Shown here piece after piece: positions 19,479-27,672 of a DNA stretch of 64,000 nucleotides. The stretch is from the IMG/VR virus record IMGVR_UViG_3300037130_000236; one strand, given 5' to 3'. Position 1 is the stretch's first letter. The number at the start of each line of letters is the position of its first letter. A program made the position numbers and the translations under genes. The notes below the pieces were generated by a model. The model did no database searches and was not told the DNA's origin. It worked only from the letters and a program-made list of their open reading frames with translations. The stretch comes from a virus.

Positions 19479-19724
19479 TTAAGCCTCGTCCTCGTCTTCG
19501 TCGTCATCGTCGTCGTACTCGACAGGAGTGTTGTCCAGCTCGGGAATGTTGGCGATGTCGACTGAATCAATGGCGACCCATTCGCCCTTCTCAGGTTCCA
19601 AATCAACCTTGAGCTTGATGGCGATTTCCCTGGCGTCACGATCCGGTGCTCCGCGGTAGAGGTACACCGTTTCACCGTACTGATGATGGTGAACCAGTGC
19701 GTGGACCATCTGTGGCTCGGGCAT
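19479..19724 (-). CDS. Small acidic hypothetical protein
   Basis: 81 aa, poly-Asp tail. Confidence 0.65.
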   Translation of the reverse strand: MPEPQMVHALVHHHQYGETVYLYRGAPDRDAREIAIKLKVDLEPEKGEWVAIDSVDIANIPELDNTPVEYDDDDDEDEDEA

Positions 19725-19726
19725 AA

Positions 19727-19924
19727 CTACCGTCCTGACGTGACTCGGTTTCCGTTGCCGGGCCCAGCGTAGAATTCAGGCTTGATGGTTTCCTTGGTGA
19801 CCGTACCCATGGATTCAAAAGCCTGGTGAATGGCCTGGCAGCCCTGACCGTGGAACCCTTCGGTATCCACGGAGAACGTGCCTGCCTCTTTGTCGATGTC
19901 AATGGTGACAATCTTCTGTGGCAT
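19727..19924 (-). CDS. DUF2997-like protein
   Basis: IVTIDIDKEAGTFSVDTEGFHGQGC...G....T.KPEFY signature. Confidence 0.75.
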   Translation of the reverse strand: MPQKIVTIDIDKEAGTFSVDTEGFHGQGCQAIHQAFESMGTVTKETIKPEFYAGPGNGNRVTSGR

Positions 19925-19926
19925 TG

Positions 19927-20334
19927 CTACCCTCTCTGAGTGAATTGGAGCCGGATCTTGCCGTTCGGAAGTTCCGTACGGCTGATCTGCTCCAGGTCGA
20001 GTTTCTGGACAATTCGCATTGCCTTGGCTTCGGTTGCAAGGCCGATAATCTCCTTGAGCCAACCGTCGCCGTAGCCGTGGGATTTGTCGAAGTCGCTGAT
20101 GATGGCCGCAAACGAACCATCTTCCTGCCGCTTGAACCCAATGTCATTCGAAGCGCGGCCAACCTGCGTGCGTGGAATGATGATCTCCGCAGTGTCCTTG
20201 CGTTTATCACCCATGTAGCCTTCCAAAGACACAGGTTGGCTGTGGCGCAAGGGTGAGAAGCCCTTCTGCTTCAGAGCTTCTTCGAGGGCGCGCGCATCGT
20301 TGATCTTGGTCTTTCGTTCCCGGTATAGGGACAT
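19927..20334 (-). CDS. DUF1257 (Ycf35)-like protein, copy 1
   Basis: MS...TKINDARALEEALKQKGF...NDIGFKRQEDGSFAAIISDFD. Confidence 0.75.
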   Translation of the reverse strand: MSLYRERKTKINDARALEEALKQKGFSPLRHSQPVSLEGYMGDKRKDTAEIIIPRTQVGRASNDIGFKRQEDGSFAAIISDFDKSHGYGDGWLKEIIGLATEAKAMRIVQKLDLEQISRTELPNGKIRLQFTQRG

Positions 20335-20360
20335 GACTTCCTTTCGGAAAGGCGGGGCGC

Positions 20361-20777
20361 CTAAGCGCCCACCTTCTCGTACTGGTAACGGACAATCGGC
20401 CGGCCGTCGACAACCAGTTCCTGCTTGCCAATGAGGCTCAGGCCAAGTGTTTCTGCCGTCGCCCGTGCCTTGGCCACCGTGTACTCGCCCTGAACCTTCT
20501 TGACGAACTGCTCGGGCGTGAACTGGCGGATGATGTACGAATCCATGCCGACGGTGTAGTAGCCATCGTCGCCACGCTGGAACCCGATGTCCCCGCGAAG
20601 CGCCGTGTCTTCCTTCTTCAGCACGATGTCGTAACCGTTGCGGTTGTCGTAGCTCTGATCGCCACGGACGGTTTGGTTCTTGCCGAGGATGGGGTTGTAA
20701 CCCATCTTCTTGAGGGTGTCGACGAGACAACGTCTGTCATTCATCGTCCCTGCCTTGAGCTGTCGAAAACTGCTCAT
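20361..20777 (-). CDS. DUF1257 (Ycf35)-like protein, copy 2
   Basis: MSSF...DRRCLVDTLKKMGY...GDIGFQRGDDGYY. Confidence 0.7.
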   Translation of the reverse strand: MSSFRQLKAGTMNDRRCLVDTLKKMGYNPILGKNQTVRGDQSYDNRNGYDIVLKKEDTALRGDIGFQRGDDGYYTVGMDSYIIRQFTPEQFVKKVQGEYTVAKARATAETLGLSLIGKQELVVDGRPIVRYQYEKVGA

Positions 20778-21523
20778 ACGTTCTGCTCCTTCTTGAAAGC
20801 TCGGCTCATGAGCGTGGAGATCTGGCCCCACGGCGCATAGTTGCCGGTCAGTTTGTCTCGAGGAAAGACGAGCACTGGCGGCGCCTGTCCATAAGCCGGA
20901 AGCGCCCTGACTCCGTGGAACGAAAGGCCATTGAGATGGGACCCTTCCTTCGTGATGAAATGGTCCAGCACTTCGGCGACCTTCGTGAACTTGTAATCGT
21001 TCAGGTTGTCGCCGTGGCCTTCCGGGAATCTCCACAGCATGCACAGATCCTTGAGAGCAAGATCTTCCCGCAGACTGAAGAGGCCCGTGTAGGCGCAGGT
21101 GTGGCCGCCGGGCTCAAAGTACCGATCGGAAGTATGAGTGGCCTCATTGATCCCGTGGTACTTGACGATGTGATTCTTGAGGGTCAGGTGTTGAGCCGTT
21201 CCACCTGCCGTCCGGAGGACGGTGGACGTGTACTGGCTGTAACCGAACTTCGAGTCCTGGTTGGGAACAACCTTGAGGACGTTCCCGAACTTCTTCTCGT
21301 CGTTCGCGGTGCTGATGACGTTGGTTTCTTCGTAGAACCAGAGGTCAATCGGCTTTGCAGTTAGGAAACAGGCCTGCACGACATTGCCGCAAGTCGGACA
21401 GTAATGGCCATACACCAGGTCCCGTTCAAATCGCGTGTACCTGGGATCGCCTTTGTAGGCCGACCGCGGAGAGAACTGGATGCTGCAGGCTGCAGACCCA
21501 GGCTTACCGATGAATTCGATCAA
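20774..21523 (-). CDS. Hypothetical protein
   Basis: TTG start at 21523 coupled to upstream TGA; CxxC motif. Confidence 0.65.
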   Translation of the reverse strand: MIEFIGKPGSAACSIQFSPRSAYKGDPRYTRFERDLVYGHYCPTCGNVVQACFLTAKPIDLWFYEETNVISTANDEKKFGNVLKVVPNQDSKFGYSQYTSTVLRTAGGTAQHLTLKNHIVKYHGINEATHTSDRYFEPGGHTCAYTGLFSLREDLALKDLCMLWRFPEGHGDNLNDYKFTKVAEVLDHFITKEGSHLNGLSFHGVRALPAYGQAPPVLVFPRDKLTGNYAPWGQISTLMSRAFKKEQNV

Positions 21524-21819
21524 TAGTAGCCCCTCCAAGCTTTCCGGCGGAGAGCAACCTCCGCGGGATTGTTATGCGCCTCGAAGAGGCCTGCGCCTTG
21601 CCGTGCTGTGATCTCCAGGAACGGCAAGAGTCTCTCGAACACAACAGGCTCAACCTTCATCACCAGATAGAAAGCCTCTTGTGATTTCAGGACCATCTTC
21701 TGGCCCAGAGACACGGCTTTGAGCAGCCGTGCCCAGGTAAATGCGCTGGTGCGAGGAGGCCAGGTCAGGAAGAGCATGGCGTCGATAACGATCATCACGT
21801 TCTTCTGGATGGTGGTCAT
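21520..21819 (-). CDS. Hypothetical protein
   Basis: 99 aa, ATGA coupling. Confidence 0.6.
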   Translation of the reverse strand: MTTIQKNVMIVIDAMLFLTWPPRTSAFTWARLLKAVSLGQKMVLKSQEAFYLVMKVEPVVFERLLPFLEITARQGAGLFEAHNNPAEVALRRKAWRGYY

Positions 21820-24728
21820 GACGCGCGCTCCTCTGCCAGTTCCAACTCCGGCATGTACACCATCTCGGTGTCGCCAAAGTCGTCCCTGATCTGAAGTGAA
21901 AGAGCTTCTTCCTCTTCGAGAACTCGCTGGGCGAAGAACTTTACATCGAAGTCCAGAGCACGACGGTTCATGACCTTGCGGTCAAGCGCCTGTTCAGCGC
22001 CCACCATCTTGCTATAGAAGACTGTGTAGATATACTCGTCCAAAGAGTTCTGGGACAACATAAGGTAAACCTCGCAGTCACGGTCCCTTTCTGTGGGGGC
22101 CATGGTGCGAGACCATGCCTGACATTGCCAGGCCGGCGACCACAACAGGTCGCAGCAGATGGTGACATCGGCACAGGAGACGTCGATTGCCTCGCGCACG
22201 GAGCGCGTGCCGGAAACCCAGACGTGGCGTTCCGGATCGTGAGCAAACAGCTCCATAGCTTCGACGCGCTTCTCGTCCCCCCAACTGGATGGCATCCTGA
22301 TGGGGTTGTAGGCATGAAGCGCCTTCTCGACCTGGATCTGCATCTCGATGAAGTCCGAGAGGATGAAGACCTTCTTGCCTTGGGCAACGGAGTCAGCAAC
22401 CAGGTTGACGATCTGGCGCATCTTGCCACCGCCCGGTGGCCCGTTGTAGACCTCATACCCGAACTTCTGATTGAGACGCTCCGGCGAGGTAGCGATGGTG
22501 CGCAGCGCGGACATCTTTGCGATGACCAGCGCCTTGTTGACCTCGTTTCCCTTTGCCTCGGCCTCTTCAACCATCTGTTCGAACTGCACCCGGAAGTCCC
22601 TGAGAGCTGCCAGCATCAGCCTTGCCTGCGCGGCAGCCATCGGGACAATCGTCCGTTTGATCGACACACGGGGCAGCTTCATGCCGGCTTCCAGCAGAGA
22701 TTGCTGGAACAGCGGGTCAGAGTAGTTGCGGCGAACGATCTTCGGCTGCATCGTTCTCCACCAGTCCGGAGGATTGATGAGGAACGGAGTGCGCTTTCTG
22801 ATCGTCTTGGTGATCTCCACACCAGTCTCTTCGTCGATCTCCCCAGTCGGTTTCTCCAGGTAGACAAAGTCGCAGAACCGGTTCTCGAACTCCTTCTTGC
22901 CCTCTGCGCCCTGCCACGGGAACTGAGGACACGGTCGGGCAACTGCCCAGTGCAGCGGCCAGTACGCATCCAGCGGAGAGTTGGACAGCAGAGTGCCAGT
23001 CATGGCGATCCGCCGGCGAGAACGGAAGGAGTACATTGCGCGAGCATTCTGCGTGTTGTATTCCTTGGCGTTGTGGATCTCGTCTCCGACCACGGCCGAG
23101 TACAAGTCCTTCACCCGGCGATACCGCGGCGGAATCCAGGTGCCATCTACGGCGCCGCACTCCAAGCACATGCGGCCTTTGATTTGTTCGCCTGAGCACC
23201 GCGCATGGCGGGCCAGGGCTTCATCCACATAGGCACCAGGCTTGTGAGTGATAACCCGATCATCCTCAGCTGCCCAGGCAGCTCCGCGATGGGACAGGCT
23301 GTCATGAACGAGCTTGTGACCAGGCTTGCACCGGTTGTCCGTTGTCCAAGAGCAACCCTGATTCCGGCAGAGATACCCCTTGTCGGTCGTCCAGCCAACC
23401 TTGGTCGTAACCCCTTCCTCACTGAACAGCGGCCGTTCCAAGGGCGACTGGCAATGCGGGCAGGTATTGTGCTGGTAAACCGTGATCTCTTCCGGTTTGC
23501 AGGACCATTTGACAGTCCGGCGGACCTTCCGCTCCGACGCACGCAGGTAGTTCTCAAAGTTCTTTCGTGATCCCCGGCTGGGGTCCGTGTAGTCCTTGAG
23601 CCAATCGAGCGTGAAGAGGTAATACTTCCCCTCCTTGTCCAGATCCTCAAGCTTGTTCACAAAGACGAAGTTCTTCATACCCAGGCGCCGGAACTCCTTG
23701 CGCCAGGCCAGTCGAACATTCCTGGTGCCAACGATACCGATCTTCTGGGAGCCCCAGAGTTCACAGATCGTAATGGCCTCGGAAGTCTTGCCCATTCGCA
23801 TGAGCTTGCAGTTGATGACCCCGCGCTTGAGCGCCTCCAGGACAGCGTCCTTGCGGACGTGCTCAAAGAGAGGCAGCCTGTCGCCGGCCTCGACTGCCTT
23901 CTGCATGTAGGAAAGCTTGGCGAGGCGGTCTTCCATCTGCTTGACCCGGTCCGGATAGACCTGATCAATCGTCTTGCCGAAGTCCATGGTCTCGGTGTCG
24001 TCGAACCACTCTTCCATCGCAGGGTTGAACTCGGTCCAGCTGTGCAGTTTGCCCTTGCCGACCAGGTTCAGCTTTGCGTTGTGAGTGATCGCTTCCGTGC
24101 AGATCTGGATCTGATCGCAACCGTCGCTCTCACCAGTAGAGGCAACGAGGTAGCGTGACCCCTTCTTGAAGAGGGCGGCGGTTGCACCGGCGGGCGCAAA
24201 GTTCTTGACACAGACCAGGGTAGTGCCAGGGCAGCATCGTCCGAAGAGGGACACGTCGTCCTTGACGATCGGGGAAGCCGGGTAGGGGAATTCCTCCAGC
24301 ACGCGGCGCCGATGCTCTTTCAGGATGTAGCCCTTCAATGTCGAAGATGTACCGACCTCAACACCATAGGACCGGAGCATGTCGCAGAGGGGATGCTTGT
24401 TGACATCGCCTCCGAGGTGTTTCCACAATTCGACACGGCCCCAACCGGACACCTGTTTGTGCCTATGGGTCTTCACCACGCCGTTGGCGACGGGCATCTC
24501 AACCGTCTCTTCTTCAACGAAGCCGAAGAAGGACGTGAGGTGCATTTTGTTGCACTCCATACGGATCTTCAGCTCGCGCAGGATGTCGGCTGCGGCTAAA
24601 TCGTTGGGTTTGAATAGCAGATACTTGCCATTCTTGTGGAGGGTGACACTGGGCTTCGACAAATCCAGGATGACTGGAAAGTCAAATGCCAGTGTGTGAA
24701 CTAATTGCTTTGCACTCGGCCTTCTCAT
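21816..24728 (-). CDS. SNF2-like SF2 helicase with Cys-rich insert
   Basis: MRMGKT motif I, GDEIHNAK motif II, AMTGTLLSN motif III, helicase-C motifs; CPHC, CxxxxC, CLEC inserts. Confidence 0.8.
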   Translation of the reverse strand: MRRPSAKQLVHTLAFDFPVILDLSKPSVTLHKNGKYLLFKPNDLAAADILRELKIRMECNKMHLTSFFGFVEEETVEMPVANGVVKTHRHKQVSGWGRVELWKHLGGDVNKHPLCDMLRSYGVEVGTSSTLKGYILKEHRRRVLEEFPYPASPIVKDDVSLFGRCCPGTTLVCVKNFAPAGATAALFKKGSRYLVASTGESDGCDQIQICTEAITHNAKLNLVGKGKLHSWTEFNPAMEEWFDDTETMDFGKTIDQVYPDRVKQMEDRLAKLSYMQKAVEAGDRLPLFEHVRKDAVLEALKRGVINCKLMRMGKTSEAITICELWGSQKIGIVGTRNVRLAWRKEFRRLGMKNFVFVNKLEDLDKEGKYYLFTLDWLKDYTDPSRGSRKNFENYLRASERKVRRTVKWSCKPEEITVYQHNTCPHCQSPLERPLFSEEGVTTKVGWTTDKGYLCRNQGCSWTTDNRCKPGHKLVHDSLSHRGAAWAAEDDRVITHKPGAYVDEALARHARCSGEQIKGRMCLECGAVDGTWIPPRYRRVKDLYSAVVGDEIHNAKEYNTQNARAMYSFRSRRRIAMTGTLLSNSPLDAYWPLHWAVARPCPQFPWQGAEGKKEFENRFCDFVYLEKPTGEIDEETGVEITKTIRKRTPFLINPPDWWRTMQPKIVRRNYSDPLFQQSLLEAGMKLPRVSIKRTIVPMAAAQARLMLAALRDFRVQFEQMVEEAEAKGNEVNKALVIAKMSALRTIATSPERLNQKFGYEVYNGPPGGGKMRQIVNLVADSVAQGKKVFILSDFIEMQIQVEKALHAYNPIRMPSSWGDEKRVEAMELFAHDPERHVWVSGTRSVREAIDVSCADVTICCDLLWSPAWQCQAWSRTMAPTERDRDCEVYLMLSQNSLDEYIYTVFYSKMVGAEQALDRKVMNRRALDFDVKFFAQRVLEEEEALSLQIRDDFGDTEMVYMPELELAEERAS

Positions 24729-24799
24729 CCTAAGTCTCCCCCCATGACGGGGAGAAGCTTGACCTTGAAAGGCAGCTTCACTCCTCGTGTGGCCTGGTA

Positions 24800-24813
24800 A
24801 TAGAGGAACCCTG
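24800..24813 (-). promoter_or_regulatory. Candidate directional motif (TAGGG..TTCC.CTAT class)
   Basis: Minus strand CAGGGTTCCTCTAT, about 70 bp upstream of SNF2 start. Confidence 0.3.
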
Positions 24814-24815
24814 AA

Positions 24816-25634
24816 TCAAGCAGACAGCCCAACAGCACAACACCCAGCACTGTCAGCAGACTCAGGAGAATTGGTTTCCAAACAAGCAAAGAGATCTCCT
24901 TTAGTTGGCTGGGCTTGCCTCACAGCCGGCTTCTTCTCGCAGATGCGTATTCGTCTGCCGCGAACACAGTGACCTGCAGGCGATCCCGTAGACCTTCTCC
25001 GCCTCCTCGGCTGGTAACTGATCAGGTGGCAAAGGTCTACTGGATTGATAGTTGGATCGGTCAGAATATCTTCCGGAGACTGGCTCAAAAGCTTGAGCGG
25101 AATCGTTTCCTTGTGAAGAATGTTCCGTGACAGCGAAGGGCTGTTCATCAGGGCGATGAACTCATCGACCTGTTGCTGGCTCTTCTGGATTCTCTTGCGC
25201 CGTTCGGCTCGAAGAGCAGCGATGAAGTCCTCGAACTCCATCGGCATCTCCATGAGCCCCCACAAATAATCCGCACAGCCCATACGAAGTTGGTCGTCCG
25301 TCAACGCCTGCGCGCGCGTCACCCGCCTGCCAAGATACTCATCAAAGTAGGTCGTTCGCATGAGACGTGCGCCTTGCCACGTCTCCGGCTTGGAAGCCCT
25401 GACTCTCAAGAGAAACTCGCTCGCGTAAAAGAACTGGTCCAGACTGGTGCCGTTCTGCGCTGCGAGGGCGTAGTTGACATAGTTGTTGCAGTCGTCCAGA
25501 AACATCTTGCAAATCATCGTGCGTTCACCTGGAACGTCCGAGAAGACGTCAATGAGCAAGCCGCCAAGAATCGACGGTCCCTGAAGATTGCACTTGTCCA
25601 GCCTGTCGTACCCGCCGAACGGGTTCTTGCTCAT
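24816..25634 (-). CDS. Hypothetical protein
   Basis: Long ORF; probable start MSKNPF at 25634. Confidence 0.65.
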   Translation of the reverse strand: MSKNPFGGYDRLDKCNLQGPSILGGLLIDVFSDVPGERTMICKMFLDDCNNYVNYALAAQNGTSLDQFFYASEFLLRVRASKPETWQGARLMRTTYFDEYLGRRVTRAQALTDDQLRMGCADYLWGLMEMPMEFEDFIAALRAERRKRIQKSQQQVDEFIALMNSPSLSRNILHKETIPLKLLSQSPEDILTDPTINPVDLCHLISYQPRRRRRSTGSPAGHCVRGRRIRICEKKPAVRQAQPTKGDLFACLETNSPESADSAGCCAVGLSA

Positions 25635-25641
25635 TCCCGCC

Positions 25642-25953
25642 TTATGATTCCCCACTGGTATCCCTTTCTCGAGGTAAAAACACCACACGATAACGCTGCT
25701 TGAAGACGGACTGGGGTTGCCCGAACCGCCAGCGCCGATGTGGCCGCTGGCCGCGCTCTACAACCCGGAAGGTTCCGAAAGGCAGGTCAACATCCTCGTG
25801 TCGCTTCAAAGCAGCCTTGATTTCATCGAAGATCAAATTCACGATCTTCCTGGCTGCTCTGTAACTACAGCCTCGGCTGACAAGTACCAAAGCCAGGGGA
25901 TTGTTTCGGCCAATCCCCTGCTTGACGGGCTTTCGCTTTACGCTTTGGCCCAT
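25642..25953 (-). CDS. HU/IHF-like DNA-binding protein
   Basis: ARKIVNLIFDEIKAALKRHEDVDLPFGTFRVVER HU-like core. Confidence 0.65.
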   Translation of the reverse strand: MGQSVKRKPVKQGIGRNNPLALVLVSRGCSYRAARKIVNLIFDEIKAALKRHEDVDLPFGTFRVVERGQRPHRRWRFGQPQSVFKQRYRVVFLPRERDTSGES

Positions 25954-26888
25954 ATCTCTGCCTCGACAACTTCAACTCCCCAGTCATGCTTCTCTGGACC
26001 CAGGGCAATCCAGCCAGGCTCACCAAACTTCGGAACGATCTGGTGGTAGGCATCGTTCATGCACTTGGCCATGATGGCCTTGACCGCCGGAATGTCTTTC
26101 TCCGCGCAGACCATAACGATCTCGTCATGAACAACGAGGAGGAATCGGACATCGTACAACTTCTTGCCGACGAAGGAACCGCCGCGGACCGCCAGGTAGA
26201 TGTTTCGCATTGCGACCTTGAGGATGTCGGCATTCCCTGCCTGGATCGGCATGTTGCCGGCCCACCTCTTGATCTGGGCGATCAGCTCCTTGGCATCTTC
26301 AGCGTCATCGGCGGGCAGCGTATAGAACCGCTTCCTGCCTCTGGGGCTGCAACTGTAGCCGAGTTCGACTGCCAGCAGGCCCTGACGTTCCAACCACTGC
26401 TTCAGCACCTTGAAGGTGCCAAAGAACTCCTCGATGAATGTTTTGGCTTCGTCGATGCTCATGCCGGTCATCAGCGCCACACGAGTCGGGCCGGCGCCGT
26501 AGGGCACGCCGAAGGTCACCGTCTTGATGCGGGAGCGGATCAGCGACAGTTCGTTGTGGCGAGGATGGCTCTCGGAGTGACGAGCCAGTTCCATTTCCTC
26601 GTAGGTGAACTTGTAGCGGGCGCCGAACACCTTCGTTGCATTGAAGCTGTGAACATCCTGCCCTGAGTTGATGGCCGCGATCAGGATTGGATCTCCCGAT
26701 GCGTGGGCCATCAGCTTCACTTCGATCTGTGAGTAATCGGCCGCCAGGATATTGTACCCGGGTTCCGCACGAATCGCAGATCGCGGATCAGGGACTGACC
26801 ATTCCAGACTGTCCGTCTGGAAGTTCCAGTAATAGGTCTTGTCCCCGACCATCCCGAGTACCGCTCTGGCTTGAGTTGTTGCGCCCAT
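25938..26888 (-). CDS. polA: Family A DNA polymerase, C-terminal (palm/fingers) fragment
   Basis: Motif A AADYSQIE, motif B RSRIKTVTFGVPYG, NMPIQAGNAD, motif C LVVHDEIV; ATG at 26888 overlaps upstream TAA. Confidence 0.9.
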   Translation of the reverse strand: MGATTQARAVLGMVGDKTYYWNFQTDSLEWSVPDPRSAIRAEPGYNILAADYSQIEVKLMAHASGDPILIAAINSGQDVHSFNATKVFGARYKFTYEEMELARHSESHPRHNELSLIRSRIKTVTFGVPYGAGPTRVALMTGMSIDEAKTFIEEFFGTFKVLKQWLERQGLLAVELGYSCSPRGRKRFYTLPADDAEDAKELIAQIKRWAGNMPIQAGNADILKVAMRNIYLAVRGGSFVGKKLYDVRFLLVVHDEIVMVCAEKDIPAVKAIMAKCMNDAYHQIVPKFGEPGWIALGPEKHDWGVEVVEAEIWAKA

Positions 26889-27067
26889 TACACCTCCGGT
26901 TGGCCTTCCATATCGGAGCAAAGGGAACGTATGTCGAACGCCCATTCCCAATACCCTGCACGGGTTTCACCGGCGGCGACCTCCCTTTGCCACTCAGCAA
27001 AGGGATGCTCTGGGTCTTCGTCGTTCCAATAGTCCTGGCCGTCAGGTGGCACGTTCGTTGATTGCAC
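26888..27067 (-). CDS. Small hypothetical protein (EW..EV...TR.GYW.W family)
   Basis: 59-aa ORF not in track; GTG start, TAATG coupling to pol C-fragment; similar to 60269-60460. Confidence 0.6.
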   Translation of the reverse strand: MQSTNVPPDGQDYWNDEDPEHPFAEWQREVAAGETRAGYWEWAFDIRSLCSDMEGQPEV

Positions 27068-27070
27068 GGT

Positions 27071-27505
27071 TTACGCCTCCGGCTCTTCGTCTCCGCCGCG
27101 GTAGAGATCGTCTCCGCCGTTTTCATCCACTTGCCGGGCAGCCTGTTCCAGCTGCGCACGGTTGACCTTCATGGCATTGCGCATGTCGCCTTCACTGAAC
27201 GGGCATTCAAAGACAACTTCTCCGTTGTCGCGGAACGCCGCCCACACGGGCTCCCTGTTAATTGGGTCCAGATGCTTGCCGGCTTCCTGCATCAGCTTGA
27301 TGAAGCCGATCTCGGCTTCAGCCGTGGCGATCTGCCGGTTACGGTCGGCAATGGCCGACTGCCGGGCAGCGGCGACGGCCAGCTCGCGCTGCACCTGAAC
27401 GCCTTCAAACCGCATTTCGAGATCGGACCGGACTTCCGGGTCCTGTATCTCGGATAACCGCAACCGCAAGGGCTTGAAAGCCCGGCGTCTGTTGTCTTGA
27501 CTCAT
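27071..27505 (-). CDS. Hypothetical coiled-coil protein
   Basis: 144 aa, ATGA coupling. Confidence 0.7.
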   Translation of the reverse strand: MSQDNRRRAFKPLRLRLSEIQDPEVRSDLEMRFEGVQVQRELAVAAARQSAIADRNRQIATAEAEIGFIKLMQEAGKHLDPINREPVWAAFRDNGEVVFECPFSEGDMRNAMKVNRAQLEQAARQVDENGGDDLYRGGDEEPEA

Positions 27506-27672
27506 AGTTTGTTCTCCAGATCCATCGCCAGATTGCGCGCCAGATTCTCGTCAAATTGACTGTCAGGGTTGATGATCTCCAGGGCAGACTTGACTAGCCC
27601 GGCAGTCCTCTCATTCATGACAAGGACCAGCTGGTCGTTATGCTTGGCGATCGTGTAGTTCGCTTTGCTCAT
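27502..27672 (-). CDS. Small hypothetical protein
   Basis: 56-aa ORF MSKANYTIAK... not in track; ATGA-coupled at both ends, AGGAGG SD. Confidence 0.6.
   Translation of the reverse strand: MSKANYTIAKHNDQLVLVMNERTAGLVKSALEIINPDSQFDENLARNLAMDLENKL

Noticed and set aside
26889-27668. Group I intron or split intein explaining the polA break
   Set aside because: The gap is filled by three coupled ORFs with SDs. No intein terminal residues, homing endonuclease or recognisable intron core were seen. RT-PCR would be the final test.
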